Assembly: GCA_027345405.1 (NCBI GenBank) | Contig: DAHWID010000001.1 | Span: forward strand, 3,897-67,896 | DNA: 64,000 nt | Origin: Candidatus Saccharimonadota bacterium | GTDB taxonomy: Bacteria; Patescibacteriota; Saccharimonadia; Saccharimonadales; UBA4665 | Reading direction: 5' to 3' | Shown: positions 55,716-64,000 of the stretch, piece after piece | Numbering within the stretch: the first letter of the stretch is position 1 | How the letters are laid out: each line of letters starts with the position of its first letter | Notes under the pieces: model-generated | What the model was told of the DNA's origin: nothing | Databases searched by the model: none | What the model saw: the letters and a program-made list of their open reading frames with translations, nothing else | Translations under genes and position numbers: made by a program

Positions 55716-56108
55716 GACTAGGAGGAGGAACTTTAATAAACTAGTTACATAACAATATTACTATATTAGGCAAAAATATGGCAAATTAATTCAACTACTA
55801 GAGTTCAACCGAGCCGTTTAGGCCTAATGCGATATCCATGTCAAAGATCCTAAAGCTATAGATATTAGAGCGATTCTAAAGCCAACTTAAGTGGCCTGGT
55901 AGATAATTATAAGCTTCTTTCAGATAGCTAGAGTTAGGATTTAAGCTGGCCTAATTCAATCAACAAGAACCGCTTTAGCTTAGGCTTCGGTTGCATGACT
56001 AAAGCTCCAGTGTAGGCATAGCTAATTTACGATAATCAGACTCGGACTCCCCCTATAGAAGCATTAAGGCTACCTGACTCATCTGGTGATACAATACGAA
56101 CTAATATA

Positions 56109-56816
56109 ATGGCTGTATATACCGCAGTGAAGCACCTAACCACCAAAGCTATAGTTCTTGGCCGCATTAATTACGGTGAGAGTGACCGGATAATCACGGT
56201 GATAACTCCTGAACATGGCAAATTGCGTTTAATGGCCAAAGGCTCCCGGGCTCTAAAGAGTAAGCTGGCCGGCGGCATTGAGCTGTTTTGTGTAAGTGAC
56301 ATCGGTTTTATATTCGGTCGCGGAGGGATAGCTACTTTAACTAGCTCGCGGTTAGAACAAAATTTTTCACGAATATTATCGGATATATCGCGAGTACAGT
56401 TGGGTTATGAGTTGCTTAAAATCATAAATTCAAGCACTGAGGATCAGGCCGAAGAGGAGTATTTTATATTAATAAGATCTGCTTTAAGTGCTCTTAATGA
56501 CCTTGATCTGCCGCTTGAACTGCACCGATTATGGTTTAATTCGCGCTTGCTCTTTATTTCAGGTCACATGCCCAATCTAACTTCAGATAACCAAAACCAA
56601 GTTATATCCAAAGAATCTCGGTTTAACTTTGACACGGATAAAATGTGCTTTTTGGCGCAGCCGGATGGTCAGTTTTCGCCTGATCATATTAAGTTTTGGC
56701 GTATTGTTTTTGTGGCTGATAACCCTAAGCTTACCGCGAGAATTAATGGTGGCGAGCAGTTGGCACGCGATCTGTTGCCACTGTCAGCGCTACTTTTGGG
56801 CAACAGTCGTTTATAG
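56109..56816 (+). CDS. recO: DNA repair protein RecO
   Basis: 235 aa. The OB-fold N-terminus (KAIVLGRINYGESDRIITVITPEHGKLRLMAKGSR) is typical of RecO. Confidence 0.85.
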   Translation: MAVYTAVKHLTTKAIVLGRINYGESDRIITVITPEHGKLRLMAKGSRALKSKLAGGIELFCVSDIGFIFGRGGIATLTSSRLEQNFSRILSDISRVQLGYELLKIINSSTEDQAEEEYFILIRSALSALNDLDLPLELHRLWFNSRLLFISGHMPNLTSDNQNQVISKESRFNFDTDKMCFLAQPDGQFSPDHIKFWRIVFVADNPKLTARINGGEQLARDLLPLSALLLGNSRL

Positions 56817-56897
56817 AATTAAGATTGTCTAAGCTGTTTTTAGGTATTAGGTAGGGTATAATCTGAGACAGTATCAGCTACTCTCATACTATTTATT

Positions 56898-58247
56898 ATG
56901 ACTAAACTACAGATCGAAGATATTGTCAGTCTATCCAAGCGCAGAGGTTTTGTATTTCAAACCAGCGATATTTATGGTGGGTTGTCGGGTTTTTATGATT
57001 ACGGTCCGCTTGGCGTTGAACTAGTTAACAATATTAAACAACTTTGGTGGGAGGAGTTTGTACAGCGCCAGGATAACGTTTTCGGAGTAGACGGTGCCAT
57101 AATTCAGCATCCTGAGCTATGGCGGGCGAGCGGGCATCTGGCCGGGTTCAGCGATCCGATGGTTGAAGATACACTGAACCACAAACGCTATCGCGCTGAC
57201 CAATTAGCGGGTGTTGACACTACAGACTTAAAGGAACTGGCGATGCTGCTAAAAGACAAAAAGTCACCTGACGGCAATCCTTTAAGTGAACCAAGGCAGT
57301 TCAACTTAATGATGCAGACTTGGGTAGGTTCAGTTGAGGATGAGGCGGCCAAGGTCTATCTGCGCCCAGAAACAGCTGGAGCGATTTTCACTAACTTCTT
57401 AAATGTTAGAGAGACAATGCGGGCCAAGTTACCTTTTGGAATTGCTCAAATCGGGAAAGCTTTCCGTAACGAGATCTCGCCGCGAGACTTTATTTTTCGG
57501 GTACGTGAGCTGGAGCAGATGGAGCTGCAATATTTTATTAGCCCTGACGACCAAGACGAAGCTTATGAGCAATGGCGACAATTTGCATGGCATTTTCTAG
57601 TCGATTCTCTAGGCATCAATGAAACCAGCTTAAGTTGGCATGAGCACAGCCAAAAAGAACGGGCACACTACGCTAAAGCTGCCCACGACATTTACTTTGA
57701 TTTTCCATTTGGCCCGAAAGAGCTATGGGGCACACATAACCGCAGCGACTTTGATTTAAGCAACCACTCTAAATTCAGCAATAAGGACCTTAGCATCTTA
57801 GATGAATCTAGTGGTCAGAAAACCATACCTTATGTAATTGAGTCTTCGGTGGGTGTTGGACGGCTATTGCTTAGCGTATTAAGTGACGCGTTTAGTAAGG
57901 ATAAAGTCGGCGAAGAAGAGCGGATAGTACTGAAATTAAAACCTTCGATTGCACCGTATAAAATCGCGGTCAGCCCCTTGCTTAAAAACAAGCCTGAACT
58001 GGTAGCTTTTGCGCGCCAGCTATATGAAGAGTTGAAACAGGAATTCTTAATGGTGCTATGGGACGATAATGGTAATATTGGCAAGCGGTATCGGCGGCAG
58101 GATGAAATCGGTACTCCGTTTTGCATTACTGTCGATTTTGATTCACTCAAGGATAGTTCGGTTACCATAAGGGACCGCGATACAACCAAGCAAATACGGG
58201 TTCAGGTGGATAATGTAGCGTCAACTCTGAAGCAGGGGCTTCGCTAA
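56898..58247 (+). CDS. glyQS: glycyl-tRNA synthetase (alpha2 GlyQS type)
   Basis: 449 aa with N-terminus KRRGFVFQTSDIYGG..G.YDYGPLG and FRNEISPR (motif 2). Confidence 0.95.
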   Translation: MTKLQIEDIVSLSKRRGFVFQTSDIYGGLSGFYDYGPLGVELVNNIKQLWWEEFVQRQDNVFGVDGAIIQHPELWRASGHLAGFSDPMVEDTLNHKRYRADQLAGVDTTDLKELAMLLKDKKSPDGNPLSEPRQFNLMMQTWVGSVEDEAAKVYLRPETAGAIFTNFLNVRETMRAKLPFGIAQIGKAFRNEISPRDFIFRVRELEQMELQYFISPDDQDEAYEQWRQFAWHFLVDSLGINETSLSWHEHSQKERAHYAKAAHDIYFDFPFGPKELWGTHNRSDFDLSNHSKFSNKDLSILDESSGQKTIPYVIESSVGVGRLLLSVLSDAFSKDKVGEEERIVLKLKPSIAPYKIAVSPLLKNKPELVAFARQLYEELKQEFLMVLWDDNGNIGKRYRRQDEIGTPFCITVDFDSLKDSSVTIRDRDTTKQIRVQVDNVASTLKQGLR

Positions 58248-58805
58248 ATGGCGGTGCTTAAAAGACGGTCAAAAAAACCGATAGTCTATGCGTTTATAGA
58301 TAGCCAGAATTTAAACCTGGGCGTGCAGAAAGTTGGTTGGAAAATGAATTGGCGGGCATTTAGGGCCTACCTGCACGATAACTATAATGTTACTAAAGCT
58401 TTCATGTTTATAGGCTATATGGCCGAAAATGAAGCCCTTTACGAGCATATGCATGAGCTAGGGTACTTAATCGCACTGAAGCCTACTGTCCCAAGCGAAA
58501 AAGAAGATAATGAGCATAAATCGACAGTTAAAGGCAACATTGATGCCGATCTTGTGCTGTATGCCATGAAAGAATTACCAAACTATGATAAAGCTATTGT
58601 TGTGAGCGGTGACGGAGACTTCGTCAGCCTGATAGAATATTTGGCGGATCACAATAAATTATTAAACATCATGGCTCCTAACTGGCAGTATTCATCACTG
58701 CTCAAACCTTGGGAAAGTTATATTATCCGAATCGATCAGTTACGGCAGCAGTTAGAATATAGGGATCGACCCCATCGTCGACGCAACAATTCCTCCAGGG
58801 ACTAG
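58248..58805 (+). CDS. NYN/LabA-like domain protein
   Basis: 185 aa with FIDSQNL, DADLV and VVSGDGDF. Its ATG directly abuts the glyQS stop (TAAATG). Confidence 0.8.
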   Translation: MAVLKRRSKKPIVYAFIDSQNLNLGVQKVGWKMNWRAFRAYLHDNYNVTKAFMFIGYMAENEALYEHMHELGYLIALKPTVPSEKEDNEHKSTVKGNIDADLVLYAMKELPNYDKAIVVSGDGDFVSLIEYLADHNKLLNIMAPNWQYSSLLKPWESYIIRIDQLRQQLEYRDRPHRRRNNSSRD

Positions 58806-58881
58806 AAATCCAGCGCGCGGTTGCTTGCCTTAATAGGTTATAATCTTCTGGTCTAAGTGCAGGAAGGGGTTGTAGATTAAG

Positions 58882-60183
58882 GTGACACAAGCGCGAGCTT
58901 TAGAGTTACTAAAAACCGGTGCCAATGTCTTCTTAAGCGGACCGCCAGGTTCCGGCAAAAGTTATGTGCTTGAACAATTTATCAAAACTTTAGCTCGCAA
59001 GGGCAGGAAAACTGCGGTGTGCGCTTCAACGGGTATTGCAGCCAGTCTAATCGGTGGCGTAACTCTACATTCATGGTCCGGAATAGGTGTAAGACGACAA
59101 TTGAATCGGTTTGAACGGGAGAAGTTACTGAGCAATCCTGACATAAACCGCCGTTTAAATGAGGTTGAAACCTTAATAATAGATGAAATTTCGATGCTTA
59201 GCGCTGAAACCGTGGACGGCTTGAGTGACCTGTTGATGCAAGCCAGAGAATCTTTAAAGCCGTTTGGCGGGATGCAGATTGTGGTCTGTGGTGATTTTTT
59301 TCAGTTACCGCCGGTAGGTAATGGATTACCAAATTATGCCTTTAGCGCTAAAGCTTGGCAAGCTGCTAATTTTAAAGCCTGCTATTTAGATGAGCAACAC
59401 CGGGTTGCAGCAGATGAATTATCCGAAGTACTACTTGCTCTGCGTGAGCAGCGCTTAACGGCTCGGCATGTCAGGCTGCTGCTTAACCGCCAGGGCATTA
59501 AACATTATCCGGTGACCAGACTACTAACGCATAATCATGATGCCTCGGTAATTAATCGTCAGCAGCTAGACCTGCTGCCCGGTAAGGCAAAGGCATACTT
59601 TATGAAGGGGCAGGAAGCTTGGACTAAATCTTTGTTAGCGCCACCGGAACTATTGCTGAAAGTGGGAGCAGAGGTTATGTTTGTGGCGAATGATTACCGC
59701 CGCGGCTTTGTTAACGGCAGCCAGGGCAAAGTTGTCGCTTTTAAGCACGGGCTGCCGTTAATTCAACTTAAATCAAGTGGTAAATATATATTAGCTGAAG
59801 CTTATTGTTGGCGTCGGGAATTGGTCAATGGAAAAATTATTGAAGCCATACAGTTGCCGCTGAAATTGGCTTGGGCGTTAACAATCCATAAAAGCCAAGG
59901 GATGAGTTTAGATGCTGCGGAAATTGATCTGAGCCGTAGTTTTACTTACGGTATGGGGTATGTTGCGCTCAGTCGGTTAAAAAGCTTTGAGGGGCTATAT
60001 TTACTAGGTCTTAACAGCCGATCATTACAACTTGATAAAAACGTGCTTAGTTTCGATCAACGCATTCAAGCGGAGTCTAAAATAAATGAAGGCGGCAGAT
60101 TTACTTCTAGCGATAGATTAGCGTTAGAGCAAGCTAAAGCAGACCCTAGATTAATTAACTTCACTGAGGGCTTAAAGAGTTAA
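58882..60183 (+). CDS. PIF1/RecD-like superfamily 1 helicase
   Basis: 433 aa with a GTG start. It has GPPGSGKS (Walker A), IIDEISML, VVCGDFFQLPPV and LTIHKSQG. Confidence 0.8.
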   Translation: MTQARALELLKTGANVFLSGPPGSGKSYVLEQFIKTLARKGRKTAVCASTGIAASLIGGVTLHSWSGIGVRRQLNRFEREKLLSNPDINRRLNEVETLIIDEISMLSAETVDGLSDLLMQARESLKPFGGMQIVVCGDFFQLPPVGNGLPNYAFSAKAWQAANFKACYLDEQHRVAADELSEVLLALREQRLTARHVRLLLNRQGIKHYPVTRLLTHNHDASVINRQQLDLLPGKAKAYFMKGQEAWTKSLLAPPELLLKVGAEVMFVANDYRRGFVNGSQGKVVAFKHGLPLIQLKSSGKYILAEAYCWRRELVNGKIIEAIQLPLKLAWALTIHKSQGMSLDAAEIDLSRSFTYGMGYVALSRLKSFEGLYLLGLNSRSLQLDKNVLSFDQRIQAESKINEGGRFTSSDRLALEQAKADPRLINFTEGLKS

Positions 60184-60351
60184 TCTATTAAGATGTAGAA
60201 TAATGAATACAATATTTGCTCAATTACAGGTTTAGACTATTTGTAAGTGAGATTTCTTATGGTGATAGGTCGCCAGATGCTTTTAAATTAAACTAAACTG
60301 ATATTAGCAACAACAAAACAGCTTCAATAATTCAGATATAGGAGTGTGAGG

Positions 60352-61227
60352 ATGGAGGATGTGCAGATAAATGCAAGTCTGGCTGGTCAAATAAGGATAG
60401 GCAAGTTGGAAGTAAACCGACTGGGCTTTGGTGCGATGAGAATTACCGGTGAGGGTATCTGGAGCCCGCCTAATGATAGGGAAGGAGCTGTCAATTTGCT
60501 TAAGCGGGCTGTTGAACTAGGTATAAACTTTATTGATACAGCCGATGCTTACGGACCAAATGTATCTGAAGAGATAATAGCCGAAGCGTTGTTTCCATAT
60601 AGAGGCCTTTTAATTGCAACTAAGGGCGGTTTAATTCGTTCGGGTCCAGGTATTTGGCGGGCCGATTGCTCGCCTGAGCATTTAAGAAAAGCTTGCGAGG
60701 ATAGTTTACGCTGCCTGAAGTTGGATGCCATTGATTTATATCAGCTACATACAGTTGATCCTAAAGTTCCATTTGAAGAGTCGTTTAAAACTCTTCTTGA
60801 TCTTCAGCGCGAAGGTAAAATTAAGTATATTGGGCTGTCAAACATCGAACCTGAACAATTTTTAACAGCAGCCAATATGGGGCGTTTTGTGTCAGTACAG
60901 AATAATTACAATGTATATAATCGCGAACACGAAGATATATTGAGGCTGTGCGAAGAACACCGCGTAGCGTTTATTCCTTATTTTCCTCTAGCTGGTAATC
61001 AAAAAAAATTAATTGACAGCAGTACGTTCAAAAACTTGGCTGATAGACTGCAGATAACGCCAGCTCAACTATCATTGGCTTGGCTGCTGCACCATTCAAC
61101 TTCTATTTTGCCCATACCGGGAACCAGTTCAATGAATCATCTTGAAGAAAACATTGCGAGCGTCAATATATCGCTGCAAGATAAGGACATAAAATTGCTC
61201 GATAAACTAGCTGAAAATAGGACATAG
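60352..61227 (+). CDS. aldo/keto reductase
   Basis: The ATG is 7 nt after GGAG; the ORF also opens at GTG 60346. It has the AKR pattern GFGAMR, IDTADAYG, LHTVD and GLSN. Confidence 0.9.
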   Translation: MEDVQINASLAGQIRIGKLEVNRLGFGAMRITGEGIWSPPNDREGAVNLLKRAVELGINFIDTADAYGPNVSEEIIAEALFPYRGLLIATKGGLIRSGPGIWRADCSPEHLRKACEDSLRCLKLDAIDLYQLHTVDPKVPFEESFKTLLDLQREGKIKYIGLSNIEPEQFLTAANMGRFVSVQNNYNVYNREHEDILRLCEEHRVAFIPYFPLAGNQKKLIDSSTFKNLADRLQITPAQLSLAWLLHHSTSILPIPGTSSMNHLEENIASVNISLQDKDIKLLDKLAENRT

Positions 61228-61436
61228 TTAAACATAACCTAATTGACAAAATAACTAATATTTGTTAAAGTACTTATGTGCTAAAAAATATAAAAACAAA
61301 TTCTGTTCCGATGTCATTTACTGATCAATTAGCCGATCAAGTAAAAGCCATCAAGTTTAACGGCAAAGAATCTAGAAGTAGTCTTTTGGTTTCTAGGTTA
61401 GGTAAGGCCGACAAGAAAGTTAGATAGTCTAAACTA

Positions 61437-61465
61437 TTGACTAGCATATGGAAGGATGATATAAT
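61437..61465 (+). promoter_or_regulatory. sigma70-type promoter implying a leaderless mRNA
   Basis: TTGACT (61437-61442), a 17-nt spacer, then TGaTATAAT (hexamer 61460-61465). The ATG of the next ORF begins at 61472, 7 nt after the -10. Confidence 0.55.
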
Positions 61466-61471
61466 ATAACT

Positions 61472-61891
61472 ATGGAAAATGGATATGGATTACGCAAAAA
61501 AGAAAAAGCTATACCGCTTACAAGACGTGGTTTAGCGGCTGTCGCGCTTGGTGCAGCTGTTTTGGGTGGTGGAGTAGTGCATTATGCTCCTTTACTTAAA
61601 AGAACGGTCAACGGCATATTAAATGGTGGCCCAACTATAAACTTGAGTAAATTAGAAGAGTTGCCAAAGAAAGAGGTGGTGGTGGGATCAACTAATAACG
61701 CCAACATCGGTCAAATTGTTACAAGCGTTGATCCAAACTTGAATGGGCCGGCCTTTGCCGCAACCGAACAATTTGTTGCGCGAGAAGGCAATAACCCCGA
61801 TCATCTCAATCCAAACCCTAACTACACTGTGTATCCGGGTCAAGAAAAACTAGTTCCGGTACTACCTAAGCAGTATCAGGCTAATTCGTAA
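61472..61891 (+). CDS. N-terminally membrane-anchored small protein, unknown function
   Basis: 139 aa with one TM segment (LAAVALGAAVLGGGVV). It is followed by a clear terminator. Confidence 0.5.
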   Translation: MENGYGLRKKEKAIPLTRRGLAAVALGAAVLGGGVVHYAPLLKRTVNGILNGGPTINLSKLEELPKKEVVVGSTNNANIGQIVTSVDPNLNGPAFAATEQFVAREGNNPDHLNPNPNYTVYPGQEKLVPVLPKQYQANS

Positions 61892-61918
61892 ACATAAATA
61901 GTTAAGCAATAACAGAGA

Positions 61919-61944
61919 AGTGGTGTCAAAAACACCACTTTTTT
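61919..61944 (+). terminator. intrinsic terminator
   Basis: An 8-bp stem AGTGGTGT/ACACCACT with the loop CAAAA, followed by a T-run through 61944. Confidence 0.8.
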
Positions 61945-61952
61945 GTGTATAA

Positions 61953-61986
61953 GTGGGTTGCAGTGGGTGATTGTGGGTAGTATAGT
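61953..61986 (+). promoter_or_regulatory. mraZ promoter overlapped by three GTGGG direct repeats (MraZ-box array)
   Basis: GTGGG occurs at 61953, 61963 and 61973, an exact 10-bp period. TTGCAG (61958-61963), a 17-nt spacer, then TATAGT (61981-61986). Degenerate copies follow: GTGCG 61985, GTGGC 61995 and ATGGG 62004. Confidence 0.7.
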
Positions 61987-62067
61987 GCGCATTAGTGGCT
62001 GAAATGGGTAAGCGCCAAAACAGTGCCTAACCATAAAAAATAAAAACCACTATATAGATATAAAGGG

Positions 62068-62430
62068 ATGGCAACAATCGATTACTTCGAACGCAGGCTC
62101 GACGATAAAAAGCGGTTAACCATACCGGCGGAAGTCAGGGCCGAATTCAGTAGTGGGGTAGTTGTTACTCGAGGCTTTAAGCAGTATCTGCACCTCTATC
62201 CTAAAGCGGTTTGGGACGAAGCAGTAGAACCGGCTCTCAAAGGGAACATTCTCGATGAAGCAACCGGTGATCTCAACGTTCAGTTCCGCAGTGGTAAGAT
62301 AGAGTGCCCGCTAGATGCTAAACAGGGGCGTATCCACCTGGAGCAGCATTTACTGGATTATGCAGGTATCAAAAAAGACATTGTTGCAGTACGCGCCGGA
62401 CAATACTGGCGAGTAATGGCGAAGTCGTAA
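62068..62430 (+). CDS. mraZ: transcriptional regulator MraZ
   Basis: 120 aa with two SpoVT/AbrB-like halves (LDDKKRLTIPAEVR and LDAKQGRIHLEQHL). It lies upstream of rsmH. Confidence 0.85.
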   Translation: MATIDYFERRLDDKKRLTIPAEVRAEFSSGVVVTRGFKQYLHLYPKAVWDEAVEPALKGNILDEATGDLNVQFRSGKIECPLDAKQGRIHLEQHLLDYAGIKKDIVAVRAGQYWRVMAKS

Positions 62431-62733
62431 AAGCCGACCCTTGTTGCGAAGGTACCTTAACAATTAGGCAAAAACGCACACTATCCTCGAGCTTAGCTAT
62501 TCGGCAGTCAACAAGTGGACTTTAAAGAACACCACTTTAAAAAGTTCTCGTTCTTTACTCAAAAACACCTCCCAAAACTCCACCTCACACATAAGTCTCT
62601 CAATCTTTCGTGAATCGCTAGCAGAAAGTTCGCTTTCTGCATCAGGCTTTTCATGAACCAACAAAAACAAAAACCATAAAACAAAAAGTTGGCTGCTGGA
62701 TAGGTGACCTTGCAAAAACAAAAAAACAAGAAA

Positions 62734-63624
62734 ATGCACCAAAATCCTCACACCAAAAATCACACTCCAGTTCTGCTAAAAGAGCTGCTAGAGTTAACGG
62801 ATCCTCAAAAAGGGGAACGTTACTTAGATGTTACCGCCGGTTACGGCGGGCACGCGGCGGCGGTTTTAGCTGCAAGCGGAAACTATCGTCAGTCGGTTTT
62901 AGTTGACCGAGATGGCGAAGCTATAGTAGCGCTTAATGAACGTTTTAAGGGCACTGGTATCAAGCTAATGCACCAGGACTTCTTAAGTGCCAGCGATGAG
63001 CTGTTAAAAGCTAGGCGGAAGTTTGATTTGATAGTAGCGGATCTAGGTGTATCGTCACCGCACCTTAACGAGGTTAGTAGAGGTTTTAGCTTTACTAAAG
63101 CAGCTCCGCTAGACATGCGAATGGACCAAAGGCAGCCCACAACTGCCTGGGACATTGTTAATAGTTCTAGCGAGGCCGACTTAGCCGAGATTTTACGGCG
63201 CTACGGCGAAGAACCGCGGTACCGTCAGATAGCCGGCTTGATCGTTCGCAACCGACCGGTTAACTCCACGCAGGAGCTGTCTGAGCTAGCTCGTAAAGTC
63301 TGGCCCGGACATAGCCGGAGGCAGCCGGCAACCCGGATCTTTCAAGCAATCCGGATTGCCGTGAACGATGAGTTGGCACAGCTTAGTGAAACTTTGCCAG
63401 TATGGCTTAAACTGCTGGCTCCCGGAGGCCGTATAGCGGTCATCAGCTTCCATAGTTTGGAAGACCGGATAGTGAAAAGATTTTTTGCCAGTGAATCGGG
63501 CGATCGCTTAGATGCAGCTTTGATTCTACTAACCAAACACCCGGTTGCTCCGGGCCCTCACGAAACAGCCAATAATCCGCGTGCACGCAGCGCAAAACTG
63601 CGTGTCGCAGCGAAACAAAAATGA
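62734..63624 (+). CDS. rsmH: 16S rRNA (cytosine1402-N4)-methyltransferase RsmH
   Basis: HTPVLLKELLE lies near the N-terminus when starting from ATG 62734; the ORF opens at GTG 62704. It also has DLGVSSPHL, ISFHSLEDRIVK and NPRARSAKLR. Confidence 0.93.
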   Translation: MHQNPHTKNHTPVLLKELLELTDPQKGERYLDVTAGYGGHAAAVLAASGNYRQSVLVDRDGEAIVALNERFKGTGIKLMHQDFLSASDELLKARRKFDLIVADLGVSSPHLNEVSRGFSFTKAAPLDMRMDQRQPTTAWDIVNSSSEADLAEILRRYGEEPRYRQIAGLIVRNRPVNSTQELSELARKVWPGHSRRQPATRIFQAIRIAVNDELAQLSETLPVWLKLLAPGGRIAVISFHSLEDRIVKRFFASESGDRLDAALILLTKHPVAPGPHETANNPRARSAKLRVAAKQK

Positions 63625-63756
63625 AAGGGGAGAGCGAATGCCTATCCAGGTAAAAAGCAACTCCCGGGCGTATAAGATCCACGTTCGCGTGGTCTAAAGC
63701 CTTAAGTTCCGGCTCTGCTTTTTAAGAGCAGAGTCGGTAAAAGGAAAAATAAAAAT

Positions 63757-64000
63757 ATGACCTATTCAAGTTCGCTAGCGTTGAGCCGTTCCCAGTTTGC
63801 GGATCGTAATCGCAATACGGTAAGCTTTAAAGCTAGAGCTAAGACACTTGGGCCAATTAGCAATACTATTATTCTTATAGTGTTAGCATGTCTGCTCGGC
63901 TTGTTTTATTTATCCCAGGTAACTAAAACCAATGCTTATGGGTTTAGTTTAAATTCATTGCAACAACAACAGACTCAGCTCAAAACTGAAAATGCTAATC
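63757..64000 (+). CDS. FtsL-like bitopic division protein, 3'-truncated by the window edge
   Basis: The ATG at 63757 is preceded by AAAGGAAAAA. My translation is MTYSSSLALSRSQFADRNRN..ISNTIILIVLACLLGLFYLSQ..LNSLQQQQTQLKTEN, giving one TM segment and then the start of a coiled coil. Its position after rsmH matches dcw cluster order. Confidence 0.5.
   Translation, partial: MTYSSSLALSRSQFADRNRNTVSFKARAKTLGPISNTIILIVLACLLGLFYLSQVTKTNAYGFSLNSLQQQQTQLKTENAN

Noticed and set aside
61311-61427. 38-aa ORF (MSFTDQLADQVKAIKFNGKESRSSLLVSRLGKADKKVR) downstream of a good TTGACA-17-TGtTAAAGT promoter (61243-61271).
   Set aside because: There is no Shine-Dalgarno before the ATG, and nothing else supports it. 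It could be a small protein or simply a 5' leader.
62497-62763. 88-aa minus-strand ORF in the mraZ-rsmH spacer.
   Set aside because: It is a Leu/Phe-rich translation created by the A/C-rich plus strand. It overlaps the rsmH start and has no RBS.
1-64000. Scanned intergenic regions over about 120 bp for tRNA, rRNA, tmRNA, SRP RNA, RNase P, CRISPR repeats, IS inverted repeats and transposase or integrase genes.
   Set aside because: No cloverleaf or T-loop signatures (GGTTCGAATCC-like), no regularly spaced direct repeats and no transposase-like ORFs were seen. A covariance-model scan would be needed to exclude small ncRNAs.

Overview
The window reads as a chromosomal segment of a small-genome bacterium with a Gram-positive-type envelope. 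Its gene content includes class II RNR with NrdR, sortase/LPXTG, a ProRS without the INS editing domain, a short EF-Ts and many small membrane-anchored hypotheticals. This fits a Patescibacteria/CPR lineage such as Saccharibacteria, but that is inference only, since no search was run. The genetic code looks standard: TGA ends nrdR, and both RF1 and RF2 are present.

I call about 62 protein genes. I saw no rRNA, tRNA, CRISPR array or IS element by eye. Most of the window is housekeeping:
- adk-map, ftsA-ftsZ and nrdR-nrdJ
- ileS behind a T-box leader
- rplU, parAB, lepB, htrA and prmC-prfA-rpmE
- rpsB-tsf-frr, rseP, proS, greA, lysS, serS, hpf, secA and prfB
- ftsEX followed by a PcsB-like CHAP hydrolase and ctp
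- pyrG, rpmA, xseAB, recO, glyQS and mraZ-rsmH-ftsL

The one region that looks accessory is about 47.4-55.7 kb, made of two convergent gene blocks. They encode a histidine-kinase-like/receiver-like pair in which both phospho-acceptor residues appear substituted. They also encode three or four secreted Asn/Ser/Thr-rich proteins built from one fixed-register 74-aa module that I cannot assign to a named domain. One of these proteins carries an LPVTG sorting signal and lies directly upstream of a sortase and a divergent membrane GT2-like protein. I flag this as the best candidate for an undescribed cell-surface fibre or adhesin system.

Regulatory elements supported by sequence:
- a T-box leader with an AUC specifier in a 7-nt hairpin loop
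- NrdR-box-like repeats over the nrdR promoter
- three GTGGG repeats at exact 10-bp spacing over the mraZ promoter
- several sigma70-type promoters, one of which implies a leaderless mRNA
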